Shown in pieces: positions 1 to 12,157 of a DNA stretch of 64,000 nucleotides. Made by a program: the position numbers and the translations under genes. Positions within the stretch are counted from its first letter, which is position 1, and each line of letters opens with the position of its first letter. Source of the stretch: Nemertoderma westbladi (Eukaryota; Animalia; Xenacoelomorpha); NCBI GenBank assembly GCA_032718475.1, contig JAUCBJ010006760.1, positions 59,505-123,504 of the forward strand, given 5' to 3'. Under the pieces are notes generated by a model that made no database searches, was not told the DNA's origin, and saw only the letters and a program-made list of their open reading frames with translations.

Positions 1-125
1 AAGTGCCTGGAGAGATCTGATTTCCAGATGGTATCCATTTTTGATAGAGCTACCCAAGCCTTTGCTTTCCTAACTTCTATGTCCTTTTTGCTACTCTCTA
101 TCCATGATCCAAGGTACTGGAAGTC
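1..125 (-). pseudogene. RTE-type non-LTR retrotransposon RT fragment, cut by window edge
   Basis: Minus-strand translation DFQYLGSWIESSKKDIEVRKAKAWVALSKMDTIWKSDLSRH resembles the FxYLGS...I..R..KA region C-terminal to RTE-clade RTs. Confidence 0.7.
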
Positions 126-1729
126 GATTGGTTCGATTGGTTTCGCAGTACATGTGCGAACTTACCAAACCATACGGTTTGGTAAGTGCTAATGGAAACA
201 TTTTGTGGTTCGGCTAAAAATCTATTAACATGTTAGAAACGTTTGGAAATGCATTATCTAATGATAATATTAAGATTGACTACTGTGGCTTGGCTATGAA
301 TAAACATGAATATATTATCATGTACAGTAATATACTGTATAACACGAATGAGGACTTGGTGAAGCAAAAACTGCAAGTCGTCTCAGCGAACCTACTGTAA
401 CATTGCCCGTAGGCCTACTACTACACTCTACTGTAGGCCTATTTCATTATCCTTCTGTATGACTACAGTAGTTGATACATATTATAGAAGGCAGTGAGTG
501 GCCATCGTAGCACGCGTGATAGGATACATAGGATATGGCACGGGGCGCAACCTGCAAAGTAAGATATATGGTAGAACCCCACACCCCCGATGTTGAAGTC
601 ATTGTTGTCACCTTAGGAAAAGTTTAAATGCTAAATAAGTCCCCCAATCTCTGATGAAATGGAACCCAACATTTGTACACATGTACGTACACGTACAGTA
701 TGCTGTGGTCTTCCAAAAGTTTAAGATTTCAACACACATACACTGTCATAATGTAGTTGCTTTGCCACTTGTCGGCCGCAAGGGGTAAATACCATGTCCA
801 CTAATTTTACTGCTACGCAGGCAGAGGCACGTAGACGTGCTGCGCGAAGCACCATCCTACTTTGGTCGTTCGTACGACCTAAGTCGTATGCACGAGTTTT
901 TTAATCAGCATAGAATTGCGAAGCATACTGTAGAAGGCCTACGATATTCGTCCCAAATGAAATTAAAAAACGAATATAAACAATAATTAATTTAAATGTA
1001 ATCTTAATCCACACCTGTAGCATCATTGTACCCAGCTACAGGTACATTAATTACGACAAGTACAGTACAATTATTACAGTATGTTAATTCAGTAGCACAT
1101 TCAGTGAAATTTACAAAATTGTGGAACCTACACCTAAAAATACATAAAATATATAGAGAATGTACTGTAGTTGTAAAGTTATACATCATTTTTTATAGTG
1201 TAAACTAGAAATGATGTTGTAAATACGAAAAACGGAAAAGGGAGGGTAGGTTTCAAGTAATAATAATAATATATTTATAAGGCGTTTTATTAATAATTTA
1301 TTTATATATAATATTTATATAATCTTTTAATGGCAATAAAACAAGGTGCGCTGCGCACACAACACAATTAATTCGGCATTAAAAAGTTAAACTCCATTAA
1401 AAACAGACTGTATGTTGCTGCATTTGATTCGGTAATTTGCAATTTTAAAAGGGTCAAACAAATCACAATGGTCTTGCTTTCAATTTATTGATAACACTTT
1501 AACGCTGAATCATGTATTGTAGAGATACGTACATACAGTCGGGGTCTCAAAGTGCATCTGTTCTTTGAGATTTTCTCAAAGAACTAAAAGTGTCTCAAAT
1601 TTCTAAAAGTGGTCCAAGAAAATGACAAAGTGTCCTCAAAGATTTCAAAGTAGTACTGTCAGTCATTTAATACAGTCCTGCCTGAAGCTGGCTATGGTAT
1701 GGCCTATGGGGTATATTGACTTTGACTAC

Positions 1730-2312
1730 TAAAGGGTAAAATATAAGTAATAAAAACCTCTATGAAACAATAAAGATTCCTCCAAAAAATACTGCAGTAA
1801 TAAATATTTGTTACTGAAAGTAAGAATTAAACTTACTGCAGTAATAAATATTTGTTACTGAAAGTAAGAATTAAACTTACTGCAGTAATAAAAAATTGTC
1901 TTTTTCTGCGGTAACAAATAATTTGTTACTGCAGTAGAAATTTTTATTCAATTATTTATTAATATTGATTACTGCAGTATTAATTTCTATTCAATTATTT
2001 ATTAATTTATTAATATTGATTATTGCAGTAATAAATATTTGTTACTGCAGTAATAAATATTTGTTACTGCAGTAATAAATATTTATTACTGCAGTAATAA
2101 ATATTTATTACTGCAGTAATAAATATTTGTTACTGCAGTAATTGTTATATGTTACTGCAGTAATTGTTATATGTTACTGCAGTAATTGTTATATGTTACT
2201 GCAGTAATTGTTATATGTTACTGCAGTAACTAATATTTAATACAGCAGTATTTTTTGTAGGAATTTTTATTGTTTCATAGAGGATTTTATTAATTTATAT
2301 TTGGGCTCTTTA
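1730..2312. mobile_element. Foldback/MITE-like element with ~70-bp imperfect inverted ends around a palindromic ~21-bp array
   Basis: 1730-1799 (taaagggtaaaatataagtaataaaaacctctatgaaacaataaag...) is the imperfect reverse complement of 2241-2312; interior is (ttactgcagtaa+taaatatttg / ttgttatatg)n. Confidence 0.7.
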
Positions 2313-3564
2313 GAGACGCCGTAATTGCGGGCTATCGGAATGTGTTGGTATTTGTGTCATAGACAGTTTGTCTGTTGCCCTATCTATATTTATGTATAGT
2401 GCTAAAACTGTACTGTTTAAATTTGTTTAGCCCACGTGAACGCCGAATACCTTTACCAATGCATTTCAATGGTCAACCAGCCATACTTTGCCGCACTGTA
2501 AATTGTGTTATACAAAGTAAAGAATAACGATAGAGGCAGGAATAAAGATAAATGATTCAAGCGCACTAATTGGCTGTTCCCATAGATATTTTAGGCATTG
2601 TTGGTGCGCAATGCATATGGTCAGAGCGACCGCCCAGTCTGCCAAAATCTATTATGTAATCAAATGGTACCACAAGCCAAGCAAAGCATGTGACAGTTAT
2701 TTCCGACTCTGCACCTGTTTGTTTGAAGGTCGCCGACCGTGGGTCGCTACTCGCTAGCTGTGATTGATAGCTTAAACTGGGTGCCGCTTTGCCAGAAGGC
2801 GGTACACATCAACTGAATATGAGGCAAACATTTAAAATATGCTCAAATATAAACGCCAGCGGCAGGGGATATTTCAATATCTCTATTAAGCTAAAACAAC
2901 ACAAGATTGTAGCCGTTCTATCTTACTTGAAAGTCGAAAGCCTTTCTTAGTTTTTAAGAAGGAATTCTCGCGCTCTCGTCAACATAGTTATCATATTAAT
3001 TAAACAGTAAAGGTAGTACGGTTTGACCTCAGGTGACTAATGAAATGAATAACAAATGTTATTACAAGCTATCTCCCAACAGGGCTTCTTTAGGTTATTA
3101 TAATGAAACTGCGTATACACAGAGAAACTACAGAGAAGTTTATCTTATATTAACTGTTAATCTGATATTGTATTATGTTATTAAAATAATCAATCTTGTC
3201 AAGCATTAATCTTGTTTCACAAATTATGTTTCATGTATTATTTGAATGAATGTTTTTTAGAAAGACTTTAGGGTGCCGTAAATTCAATTTGTACTTGCGA
3301 CCGAAAACCCATCCTGTAATGACCTCAGGAACTTCAATTTGATAAATTAATGGGAATATAGCTTCTATGCAACAACTGGCCAACACACAAGTATCACTTT
3401 GTTGCCCGCATAATATTGTTCCCCGAGAATGCCTCTGCCTCTCAGTTAACTTACCACGAGCTGTCAATCAGGAATACCTCGGAGTTTATTTTCTCAAAGA
3501 ATTAAAAGTGCCGCAAACTACCTCAAAGTGACATAAAAGCCTAAAAGCAGGAAATCACTAAAAA

Positions 3565-3940
3565 CGACCAAAAAGTACTTTTTGGTCGACCAATGAGTCG
3601 ACTTTTTGGTCGACCATTAAGTAGTTTTTGGTCGACCAAAAAGTACTTTTTGGTCGACCAATAAGTCGACTTTTTGGTCGACCAATAAGTCGACTTTTTG
3701 GTCGACCAATAAGTACTTTTTGGTCGACCAAAAAGTAGTTTTTGGTCGACCAATAAGTCGACTTTTTGGTCGACCAATAAGTAGTTTTTGGTCGACCAAT
3801 AAGTCGACTTTTTGGTCGACCAATAAGTACTTTTTGGTCGACCAAAAAGTACTTTTTGGTCGACCAAAAAGTCGACTTATTGGTCGACCAAAAAGTACTT
3901 ATTGGTCGACCAAAAAGTACTTTTTGGTCGACCAAAAAGT
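3565..3940. repeat. Palindromic minisatellite, ~20-22-bp units around ttggtcgaccaa
   Basis: Tandem units such as tttttggtcgaccaaaaagtac and tttttggtcgaccaataagtcgac, with no unique spacers. Confidence 0.95.
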
Positions 3941-4035
3941 CCCTTAAAAAAATAAATAAAAAAAAGTATTAAGTGGCACAATTCAGCCACCGTAACAAAC
4001 AAATAATTAATGCAAATTAACACTAATCCGTAGAC

Positions 4036-4103
4036 TGTACCATACCGTACCGACCGTACCGTACAGACCGCACCGTACAGACCGTACCGTACAGACCGTG
4101 CCG
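4036..4103 (+). repeat. Short (accgt/accgtacag)n repeat
   Basis: Visible tandem accgtaccgtacagaccg units. Confidence 0.8.
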
Positions 4104-4419
4104 GTAATAATTCAGGTCTTTATAATTTACAATCCTCAGCGGAAATGCCACCTACTAAATTCATAGTCAAGTAACAAGACAGAGATGCATTGGACCAAAG
4201 GCATTATATAGTTCCCACTACTGAAGCCTGTTAAAGTCATCTAATTGGTTGGAAGGGAAACCAATAGGAACAACGCTAGTTCTAATTATTCTACAGTAGT
4301 AAGCTACCAATCTACCGGTGAAGTGGTTAAGCGAAAGCTGATAAATACTGCATATAATCAAATTGTTTGGTCAAATAAAAAGTGCAACCAATCATCGTAG
4401 ACAATTTAGTCTCCCCCTT

Positions 4420-6937
4420 CCCTTGTCAAGGCTATAGGGGCTGTTGCGCTGTCAGTCAGAGAGGTAACAGCCCATGGGGTAAGGATTTACCCATGGGGCC
4501 CTAACTATCAGATAGTCTGATACCAACTGTCAGACAGTCTTTTTCAACTATCAGATAGGTGATCGCCCAGTTACAAGTTGCCTGATGCTGATAGTTGTAT
4601 TTTTTAAACCCCGAGTGTTGTTGGCGGAGTCTGTTACTTCCGAAATCGTTGATCGTGGTGCCGGTCCCGGAATTCTGGCTTTGATTAAAAACACTGAACT
4701 GCTGAACGATGGTGGAATCTACGAAACACGGCCGAATTCCTAATCTGAGGAGGCGAAGTCAATTAAACGTAAATGAAACGATCTATCGCGATGGACAATG
4801 GAGTCTATTCAATGTATCCAGAACGATACGATGGCGACGGAGTCTATTCTGCTATTACAGTATTAAACATGCAACCAAAGCGATCAGACGATGGCGAAGT
4901 AATCTACAAAACAGAGAACGACAGGAAGGCAATGGAGTTTATTAAATCCAGTAAGATGGTGCATAGCGAAGCGATCGAGACGGATAACGGAGTCTATTAC
5001 AGTATTAAACCTGGAACGAAGACGGTGGAATCTATAGGCCTAAACCTGGAACAATGCGAACAAGGCTAGGCCCTACTCTAAAGTTAGACTAGACTGTTTT
5101 GTGAGATTAACTTGCCAATACTAACTCAATACAATTTGCTTTCTTTGAATTCATAATAATATATTTTAATCTTAATAATAATTATTCAACATCAATTATT
5201 CTCTAAGTCTTTTCAATGTATAAGATTGCTAAAGACTAAAGAGCTAACTTTAGGATAATCTGCCTTATATTTTTAGAATTATTATAATTAATTTTGTTAT
5301 GCTTATATAATGAATTGTATCTTTTGACAGACTAGGCCTACTTGATGCGCGACCGTGATAATAAAATTAAATGGTACCGAAATATTTTCATTTAACTGCA
5401 GGTAGGGGGGGCGCAATCAATATTCTTCCCTCTCCAGGTGAAAATCGACGCAAATAATAGCTTGTTTACTACTAAAATAAAACTGCATCCTGTTCTATAG
5501 GAAAAAACATTATAGGGGAAATTATAGCAAGTTGTGTTTATTTAAGGCCGATAGACAAGATTACATGTTTACCAAGTTTGGTATAATTTAGTCAAAGATT
5601 GAATGAGTTACGATTTTAAATAATCAGTGGAGGGTGAAGGCGGCGGGCCAGGATTCAGTTATACTTAAATAAAGAATAGTGATTAAACCAAGGGATACGC
5701 GATATATGACACTGCTGTATAAGTTCATTGATTCTGTTGAGTTCTGTTGATTTCGAAACATTTAATTCAAAACTATATACCGTATATAAATGTTAATATA
5801 ATTTTGGATTTTTTTTTTGTAATAAATAACATTTCATTAATTTATTTTTTATCTAATCACATTATTAAATAACGAACACAGAAATAATACTAAGATTGAA
5901 TATTGAATTGAAGGAACAGTACCGTATTGAATATTTGAGATTGCATAAGATAGAGTATTGAATATCTTCGGCCGTCATCCCGTTGGTGACTCCATTGGCA
6001 ACCATTTCGACAGTTTCGATTGGTTTCGGCTCTTCAGTCCCCGAATAGACCAATGGTCTGCGTGGTTGGGGTTGCTGTCCCCATGACTGAGGCTGAATTA
6101 CCAACCCAAATTGCCATCTCCAGGTGCTGGAGCAGAAACTGGTGTGACCGCAGTTCGTGGGTGGCACTGTGGAGACGAGACCCGATCTCCCGGAGGAAGG
6201 TGGATGTCTCTGGACCGGGGCGGCTAAAGGCCTCAAAGGCCACGGGGTGAAAGAAATGGCCCCGGTCCACTAGGTCACGATACTTAGAGTTTTTAATGCG
6301 CTCCGCTCCCTCAGCTGAGTGCCCCCCGGTTTGTTGAAGGTTGTTGGGGGCCAGTGGATCTAGTAATAATTATCACAAATATATGATTAGGTAGGCCTAC
6401 GTGATATTAGTTTCTCAAACCAAACCTATCCATCCATTGACGTCCAAATATATCCAATTTCTCAATACATACTAATCAGTATGTAACAGCGTAATAATGT
6501 ACACTGTAATGCAATAATGTCAATGTCCAACCAAACAATGCGTTGAGTGTTATCGGACCAGCCTCCGAGAAATGTTAGGCTAACGGCTAAACGGCACCTC
6601 GCTCTGTCGCATCAGTTTTTGTAGTGGTCTACCGTAGTTCCAGGCTACCACAATCCGTTAGTGGATGATATAGAATCAGCACATCCTGACATCTGTGCAA
6701 CTCCTGAACTCAGGCGAGCTTTTACAGATGGTGGTCTAATTTATATGGTGTTGTACCGCGAAACCGTGTATTATTTACAGATGTAGGCTAAATTTCGGGT
6801 CTTGTACCGTGCACAGTACTGGTGGGCCTACACGGCTACTGCTATTTTGCCTAATACAGGTCCCAGAGGTAAATCCTTACCCCACGGGCTGTTACCTCTC
6901 TGACTGACAGCGCAACAGCCCTCTCTCTGTCAAGGGG
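4420..6937. mobile_element. Non-autonomous DNA transposon with long inverted repeats, piggyBac-like right end
   Basis: 4438-4491 and 6868-6921 form a 54-bp inverted repeat with one mismatch; right end reads ...caagggg|TTAA; left TTAA not found. Confidence 0.6.
6034..6362 (-). pseudogene. CRE-like non-LTR retrotransposon C-terminal (REL endonuclease region) fragment
   Basis: AERIKNSKYRDL...FHPVAFEAF...FLREIGSRL...FLLQHLEMAIWVGNSASVMGT fits the AE..K..KY...F.P.A.E....GNA.SV.GT tail of CRE-clade proteins. Confidence 0.65.
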
Positions 6938-7126
6938 TTAACATATTAAATATATCCTTGCCCTATCCCATTATTCCCATTGGCGATATCTCCTTACTAT
7001 CTGATATACTGTCCGTACTGCTCGGTCAATACCGGTACTCGACGTCGACACAGCAGCCTACACCCAGCACTGACATACAGACATACACGGGTTCATTTAT
7101 TATTAATTGACAATTATTACTGTATT

Positions 7127-10100
7127 ATGGCACTACTCGTGGTAATGGCGGTTCTCGTTATGGTTGGTCGATTGCTGGCGGCAGATGTAATTCCTGTGAG
7201 AAAGGATCCGGTGAGCCTTCAACCAATTCCCGTATTGGATGTCTTCACAGTGTTCCAAATCAACGGAGAATATCGTGGCTGGCGACTACCAACTGTGGCG
7301 GATCTCTGGACAATGAACGGTGTGAGTCTCTTTGCTCGAAGTAGGAGGAATGCTGGTCCAGTGAGATTTAGTGGGTGGACTTCCCAACTCTGCGCGTTGA
7401 TTCTTGCTGGAGATGTCGAGGTAAATCCAGGGCCTAGCAGGACGATGAAGAAGACCTGTGCGATATGTAAACACGGAGCAAACTCGCGAAGCAAGATCGT
7501 TGAGTGCGAGAAATGTGTAACCTTTTCCCATGCCAAGTGCTACCGTAGGTCTTTAAATAAATATTCCACCCTCAGAAACAGTAACAGCCCAATTTATTTT
7601 TGTAACAGTTGTATTCTATCTGAACTCCCATTTTTTGAAGATTCCTTAGATAACGAACTTGACGAACCTATCGCCTCACCCTTGCAACAACCAAGTGAGG
7701 CCGAGGGTGACACCTTCCAATATTTTAAGAGAAAAGGCTTACATTTTCTACATCTAAACGTGCGATCTTTGCTTCCAAAAATATCGGAACTTAAAATTCT
7801 ATCAGTTAAAACGAACGCCGCAATAATCACAATTTCCGAAACATGGCTGGATGATACTGTTTCTGACGGTGAGGTACACATTAATAACTATGTAATTGTA
7901 CGCAAGGATAGGAATAGGGATGGAGGCGGGGTGTGTATGTACATCAGGAATGACTTAGCTTTTAATCGTAGAGAAGAATTAGAGACTTGCGATGAGATTT
8001 TACTGCTCGAACTTTTACTACCAAAAACTAAACCAATTATTATCGCTAGCGTTTACAGGCCGCCAAAACAAGATAATTTTTTAGAAAATCTAGAAAATAA
8101 AATCTTAGTGAATCTTAGGTCTGACTGTGAAATTTATTTATTAGGAGATTTTAATATTTGTTTTCATCAAAAAGCCTCAGCTATTTGTAGAAAATATCAA
8201 AGTGTTCTGAATTTATTTGGTTTAAAACAATTAATAAGTGAATCAACTAGAATTACAAGTAAAACTTCCACCCTATTAGATCATATTGTTATTAATAATA
8301 GAGATATGGTATCTCAGTCTGGTGTTTTATCTATAGGTGTAAGTGATCACTTTATTGTTTTTTGTACAAGGAAATCTCAAAAGTATTTTTATGGGGAACA
8401 TAATAGTGTCAAAATTAGGTCTTTAAAGAACTACAGTAAGCAACAATTTATAAATATTTTAACTAACTCCAACTGGGAACCATGTTTTAAGGCAGCTAAT
8501 ATTAACCTTGCTTATGCAATTTTTAAAAATTTATTTTTGAACGCTCTTGATTCTGTAGCACCCATTAAAGAAGTTCACTTAAAACAAAGAACAGAACCGT
8601 GGATGACTGCTAATATTCTTAAGGTTATAAAGGATAGGGATTGCTTATTGTATAGATTTAGAAAATATGGTATTTTAACTGATTATAATAATTACTGTAG
8701 GTTAAGGAACTTAGTACAGCGTGAAATTAAAAAAGCGAAATCCGAATTTTTGTACAACAAAATTGATGAAAATAAGGATAATCCAAAATCACTTTGGACG
8801 ACATTAAAATCTTTAGGGTATAAAAGCACAAATTCAAAATCGAATATAGTCTTGCAGGAAAACGGGGAGCTCATTCATGAGCCTAAGATTATAAGTAATT
8901 TATTCAATAACTATTTCATTAATGTAGCCTCGAATCTTGTCCAAAAATTGCCAATTGCTAAAAATAAATACAGTCTAAATTCGGAAATACTAAACAAATT
9001 TTACTCGGAAAAGGTTAAGAATTCTCCAAAGTTATTTTTACAGCCTGTCTCAGAAGCTTATGTATTGAAAAATCTTGTCAGTATTTCGTCATCTAAAAGT
9101 ACTGGACTGGACCAGATTCCAGCAAGGTTTCTTAAGGATGGTGCGGAAGTGCTAAAGATTCCTATTACTTACATAATTAACTACTCAATTTTAGAAAATG
9201 TAGTCCCGGATGATCTTAAATTGGCGAAGGTTGTTCCAATATTTAAAAAGAACAGTAAATTAGAAACCAGTAATTACAGGCCCATTAGTGTGTTAAGTAT
9301 TGTATCCAAAATTCTTGAACGTTCAGTGTACACTCAGCTAGAGTTCCATCTTAACAAACTCAATTTAATATACGAATTTCAATCTGGCTTCCGTAAATCT
9401 TACTCTACAGATAGTTGTCTAATCAATTTGACGGATAATATTAGGTGTAACAACGCGAAGGGATTGTATACCGGTATGGTAATGTTAGATTTACAGAAGG
9501 CCTTTGACACGGTTGATCACGAAATATTACTAGGAAAACTAGATCTTATGGGTGTGGGCTCAATTAATTGGTTCAGGTCATACTTATCAGATAGGGGTCA
9601 AGTTGTAGATATAAATAAAACTCAGTCCTCAGTTCAGAAAATTAAGTGTGGAGTACCGCAGGGTAGCATCTTAGGGCCGTTGCTGTTTGTATGTTACGTA
9701 AATGATATGATTAGTAGCATAGATCCGGACTTTAAACTAATATTATACGCTGATGATAGTGCATTAATCTTTTCTCACAGGGACCCGGACACAATTTGTG
9801 AAAAACTAGGCAAAGTTCTAGAATCCTGCAACGAATGGCTCATCGATAATAAGCTTTCAATCCACTACGGCAAAACTGAAAATATTTTATTCGGCTCGAA
9901 AAGAAAATTAAACAAGTTCCGAAACTTTGAAGTAATTAGCAACGGCCACAAAATTGAAAATAAAAAAGAAGTTAAATATTTAGGCTCCAAATTGGATTGT
10001 AGTTTATCCGGAGAAAGCATTGTTAAAAATATTATTGCAAAAGTTAATGGCAGACTAAAGTTTCTTTATCGACATAAAAATAGCCTAAATTTTAATTCTC

Positions 10101-10603
10101 GTAGGTTGCTTTCTTCATCTTTAATTCAATGTCATATTGACTATGCAAGTTCATCTTGGTATGAAGGCTTAACTAAAAATCTCAAAAATAGGTTACAAAC
10201 AGCTCAAAACAAGGTAGTACGTTTTATTAATGATTATAAACCACGTCACCATTTAACCCCTGAAGATTTTAATCAGTCTGGTTTAATTCAAGTAGACAGT
10301 AGAGTAAAGCAGCTTCGGCTCAACCATGTACATAAAGTTTTCAATGATAACTGCCCTAAATACTTAAATCAAAAATTTACCAAACTGAGTGATACACATT
10401 CATACGGCACCAGAGCCAGCACATCAAATTTTTATGTTCCCAATTGTATATCCTTTGAAAGCGAAACGTTTTTCTTTAATGGAATAAAGAATTGGAATTC
10501 CTTACCGAATAACATTAAAAATATTAAAAATGAACATGCCTTTAAGTCTGCAGTAAAATCCCATCTCCAAGACCAGTGCAAATTCTTATATAGCAGTATT
10601 TAG
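7127..10603 (+). CDS. Non-LTR retrotransposon ORF2 (CR1/L2 group, Crack/Daphne-like): hydrophobic leader, 2A-like peptide, PHD finger, APE endonuclease, RT
   Basis: First ATG at 7127 (frame open from 6980); GDVEVNPGP; C-x2-C...HxxC...C-x2-C PHD; APE motifs HLNVRSL, SETWL, GDFN, LDHI, SDH; RT motifs LDLQKAFDTV, GVPQGSILGP, YADD, KYLG. Confidence 0.95.
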   Translation: MALLVVMAVLVMVGRLLAADVIPVRKDPVSLQPIPVLDVFTVFQINGEYRGWRLPTVADLWTMNGVSLFARSRRNAGPVRFSGWTSQLCALILAGDVEVNPGPSRTMKKTCAICKHGANSRSKIVECEKCVTFSHAKCYRRSLNKYSTLRNSNSPIYFCNSCILSELPFFEDSLDNELDEPIASPLQQPSEAEGDTFQYFKRKGLHFLHLNVRSLLPKISELKILSVKTNAAIITISETWLDDTVSDGEVHINNYVIVRKDRNRDGGGVCMYIRNDLAFNRREELETCDEILLLELLLPKTKPIIIASVYRPPKQDNFLENLENKILVNLRSDCEIYLLGDFNICFHQKASAICRKYQSVLNLFGLKQLISESTRITSKTSTLLDHIVINNRDMVSQSGVLSIGVSDHFIVFCTRKSQKYFYGEHNSVKIRSLKNYSKQQFINILTNSNWEPCFKAANINLAYAIFKNLFLNALDSVAPIKEVHLKQRTEPWMTANILKVIKDRDCLLYRFRKYGILTDYNNYCRLRNLVQREIKKAKSEFLYNKIDENKDNPKSLWTTLKSLGYKSTNSKSNIVLQENGELIHEPKIISNLFNNYFINVASNLVQKLPIAKNKYSLNSEILNKFYSEKVKNSPKLFLQPVSEAYVLKNLVSISSSKSTGLDQIPARFLKDGAEVLKIPITYIINYSILENVVPDDLKLAKVVPIFKKNSKLETSNYRPISVLSIVSKILERSVYTQLEFHLNKLNLIYEFQSGFRKSYSTDSCLINLTDNIRCNNAKGLYTGMVMLDLQKAFDTVDHEILLGKLDLMGVGSINWFRSYLSDRGQVVDINKTQSSVQKIKCGVPQGSILGPLLFVCYVNDMISSIDPDFKLILYADDSALIFSHRDPDTICEKLGKVLESCNEWLIDNKLSIHYGKTENILFGSKRKLNKFRNFEVISNGHKIENKKEVKYLGSKLDCSLSGESIVKNIIAKVNGRLKFLYRHKNSLNFNSRRLLSSSLIQCHIDYASSSWYEGLTKNLKNRLQTAQNKVVRFINDYKPRHHLTPEDFNQSGLIQVDSRVKQLRLNHVHKVFNDNCPKYLNQKFTKLSDTHSYGTRASTSNFYVPNCISFESETFFFNGIKNWNSLPNNIKNIKNEHAFKSAVKSHLQDQCKFLYSSI

Positions 10604-10747
10604 TTTAGTTCAATATTAAATAGGTGCATGTGCAATAATTAGTAATAATGTTCAATTTTGTATTTCTTGTATCTTATTTAGTTTAAATTATATAATTATT
10701 CTATATACAGTAGTTAGTTTAGTTTGTATTGGTAACCAAGTAACTTG

Positions 10748-10793
10748 AAGGACCCCCTTGGAAATAAGCTGCAAAGCTTTAGGGGTTATCCTT
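10748..10793 (+). promoter_or_regulatory. LINE 3' UTR stem-loop, putative RT recognition element
   Basis: AAGGA-CCCCCT-TGGAAATAAGCT-GCAA-AGCTTT-AGGGG-TTA-TCCTT folds into nested stems upstream of the tail. Confidence 0.7.
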
Positions 10794-10881
10794 TATGTTA
10801 TGTTGGACAATACTTACTATACATTAATAATTTTACTGAGTTAATGTATTGGTTTCTATTGTTTGCATAATATATAAATAA

Positions 10882-10908
10882 ATCTATCTATCTATCTATC
10901 TATCTATC
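10882..10908 (+). repeat. (ATCT)n 3' tail of the LINE
   Basis: AATAAA followed by tctatctatc...; microsatellite tails are typical of CR1/L2-group LINEs. Confidence 0.85.
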
Positions 10909-12157
10909 GTGAACAAAGGCAATAAAAAGCATAGAGAATCGATAAGAACCATCGGCCTATTTCCTTTGTAAACTATTTTTGAACTCTAAACATTATTACC
11001 GGTAACACATTTTAGCACCCGCAATGCATGAAGTGAAGAATATGTAGTGTTAGCGTATTCCTCTATATAGAGTATACAGGTATAGGATGCATTACTGTTG
11101 AAAGCATTTGATGGTTGTGGGTTGTTTATTGAACATCCTATGGTCTTATTTTAGTACTGAACCGCTTGGAATACGTAGGCCTACTGCTACTAATGCAGTT
11201 AGGTACAATGGCCAAATCTGGCAATAATTGTGATTGCCATATTTGGCAACCAAGCAAAATCTGGCAACATTTCTGATTGCCTGATTTGGCAACTATATAA
11301 AGCCATTGTTGCCATATTTGGCAACTTAACTAACTCATTGAATATGGCTTATATCGCTCTGCGTCATTAAGTCCTATGGTCATTCCTTAGATCCTGAAAT
11401 GTTAGGTCTAAGGGCCAGGTTATACTTATACCGGCTTATAATAAGTTCTAGTCTAACCAATACAGCAATATATTGTAATAAATCGTAAATAAGATGAGAA
11501 TGAGAATCAATAACACAAACACAGCAATATCTGAATATATCGTAATAAATCGTAAATACTGAAATAAGATGAGAATGAGAATCAATCTGTCAATAACACA
11601 AACACAGACTGACCAGCTGACTGGTGATAGTTTATTTTTGCTAGTAATCTCTGGCGCTGCCTGGCTGCTTGGGGAGGTGGTTGATTGTTGTTTGTGCCAA
11701 TAATAGTTAAAGATTGTAACTGCAGAACTGTGTAATGATGATACAATTGCCCTGCAATCTAAATCATCCTTCACTCACAGTTCAGTATATCTATCTTTCC
11801 ATTCTGCGATTCCTACATAAAGACATATAATATACTGATATATGAAAATAATTTCATCCCGTTTTTCATTAGGGCCTACTAGAATCAATTTGGTTGAATC
11901 TCTTAACACACATTTTGGTTTTCTCAGTCTTTCTAAATTTTGACACAAATTCGATTTTTCTTCTGTCACACCGTTTCTCAAACTTCAGAACTTTAACGCC
12001 CCCTTGCCTGCTTGGTGCCTTGTCAGCTTGTGGTGATGTTCACGTTGTCAATTATTATTATTATTATTACGTTTAGTTCCATTTCAGCCTTTGAAGAATA
12101 TGACATGTATTATTCTTTAGTTTTGTTTATGTCTGTACAGCCTGACAGCTATGCATA

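Noticed and set aside
3541-3947. CRISPR-like array and overlapping ORFs on both strands
   Set aside because: No unique spacers and no cas genes; eukaryotic context; the ORFs are by-products of a palindromic tandem repeat.
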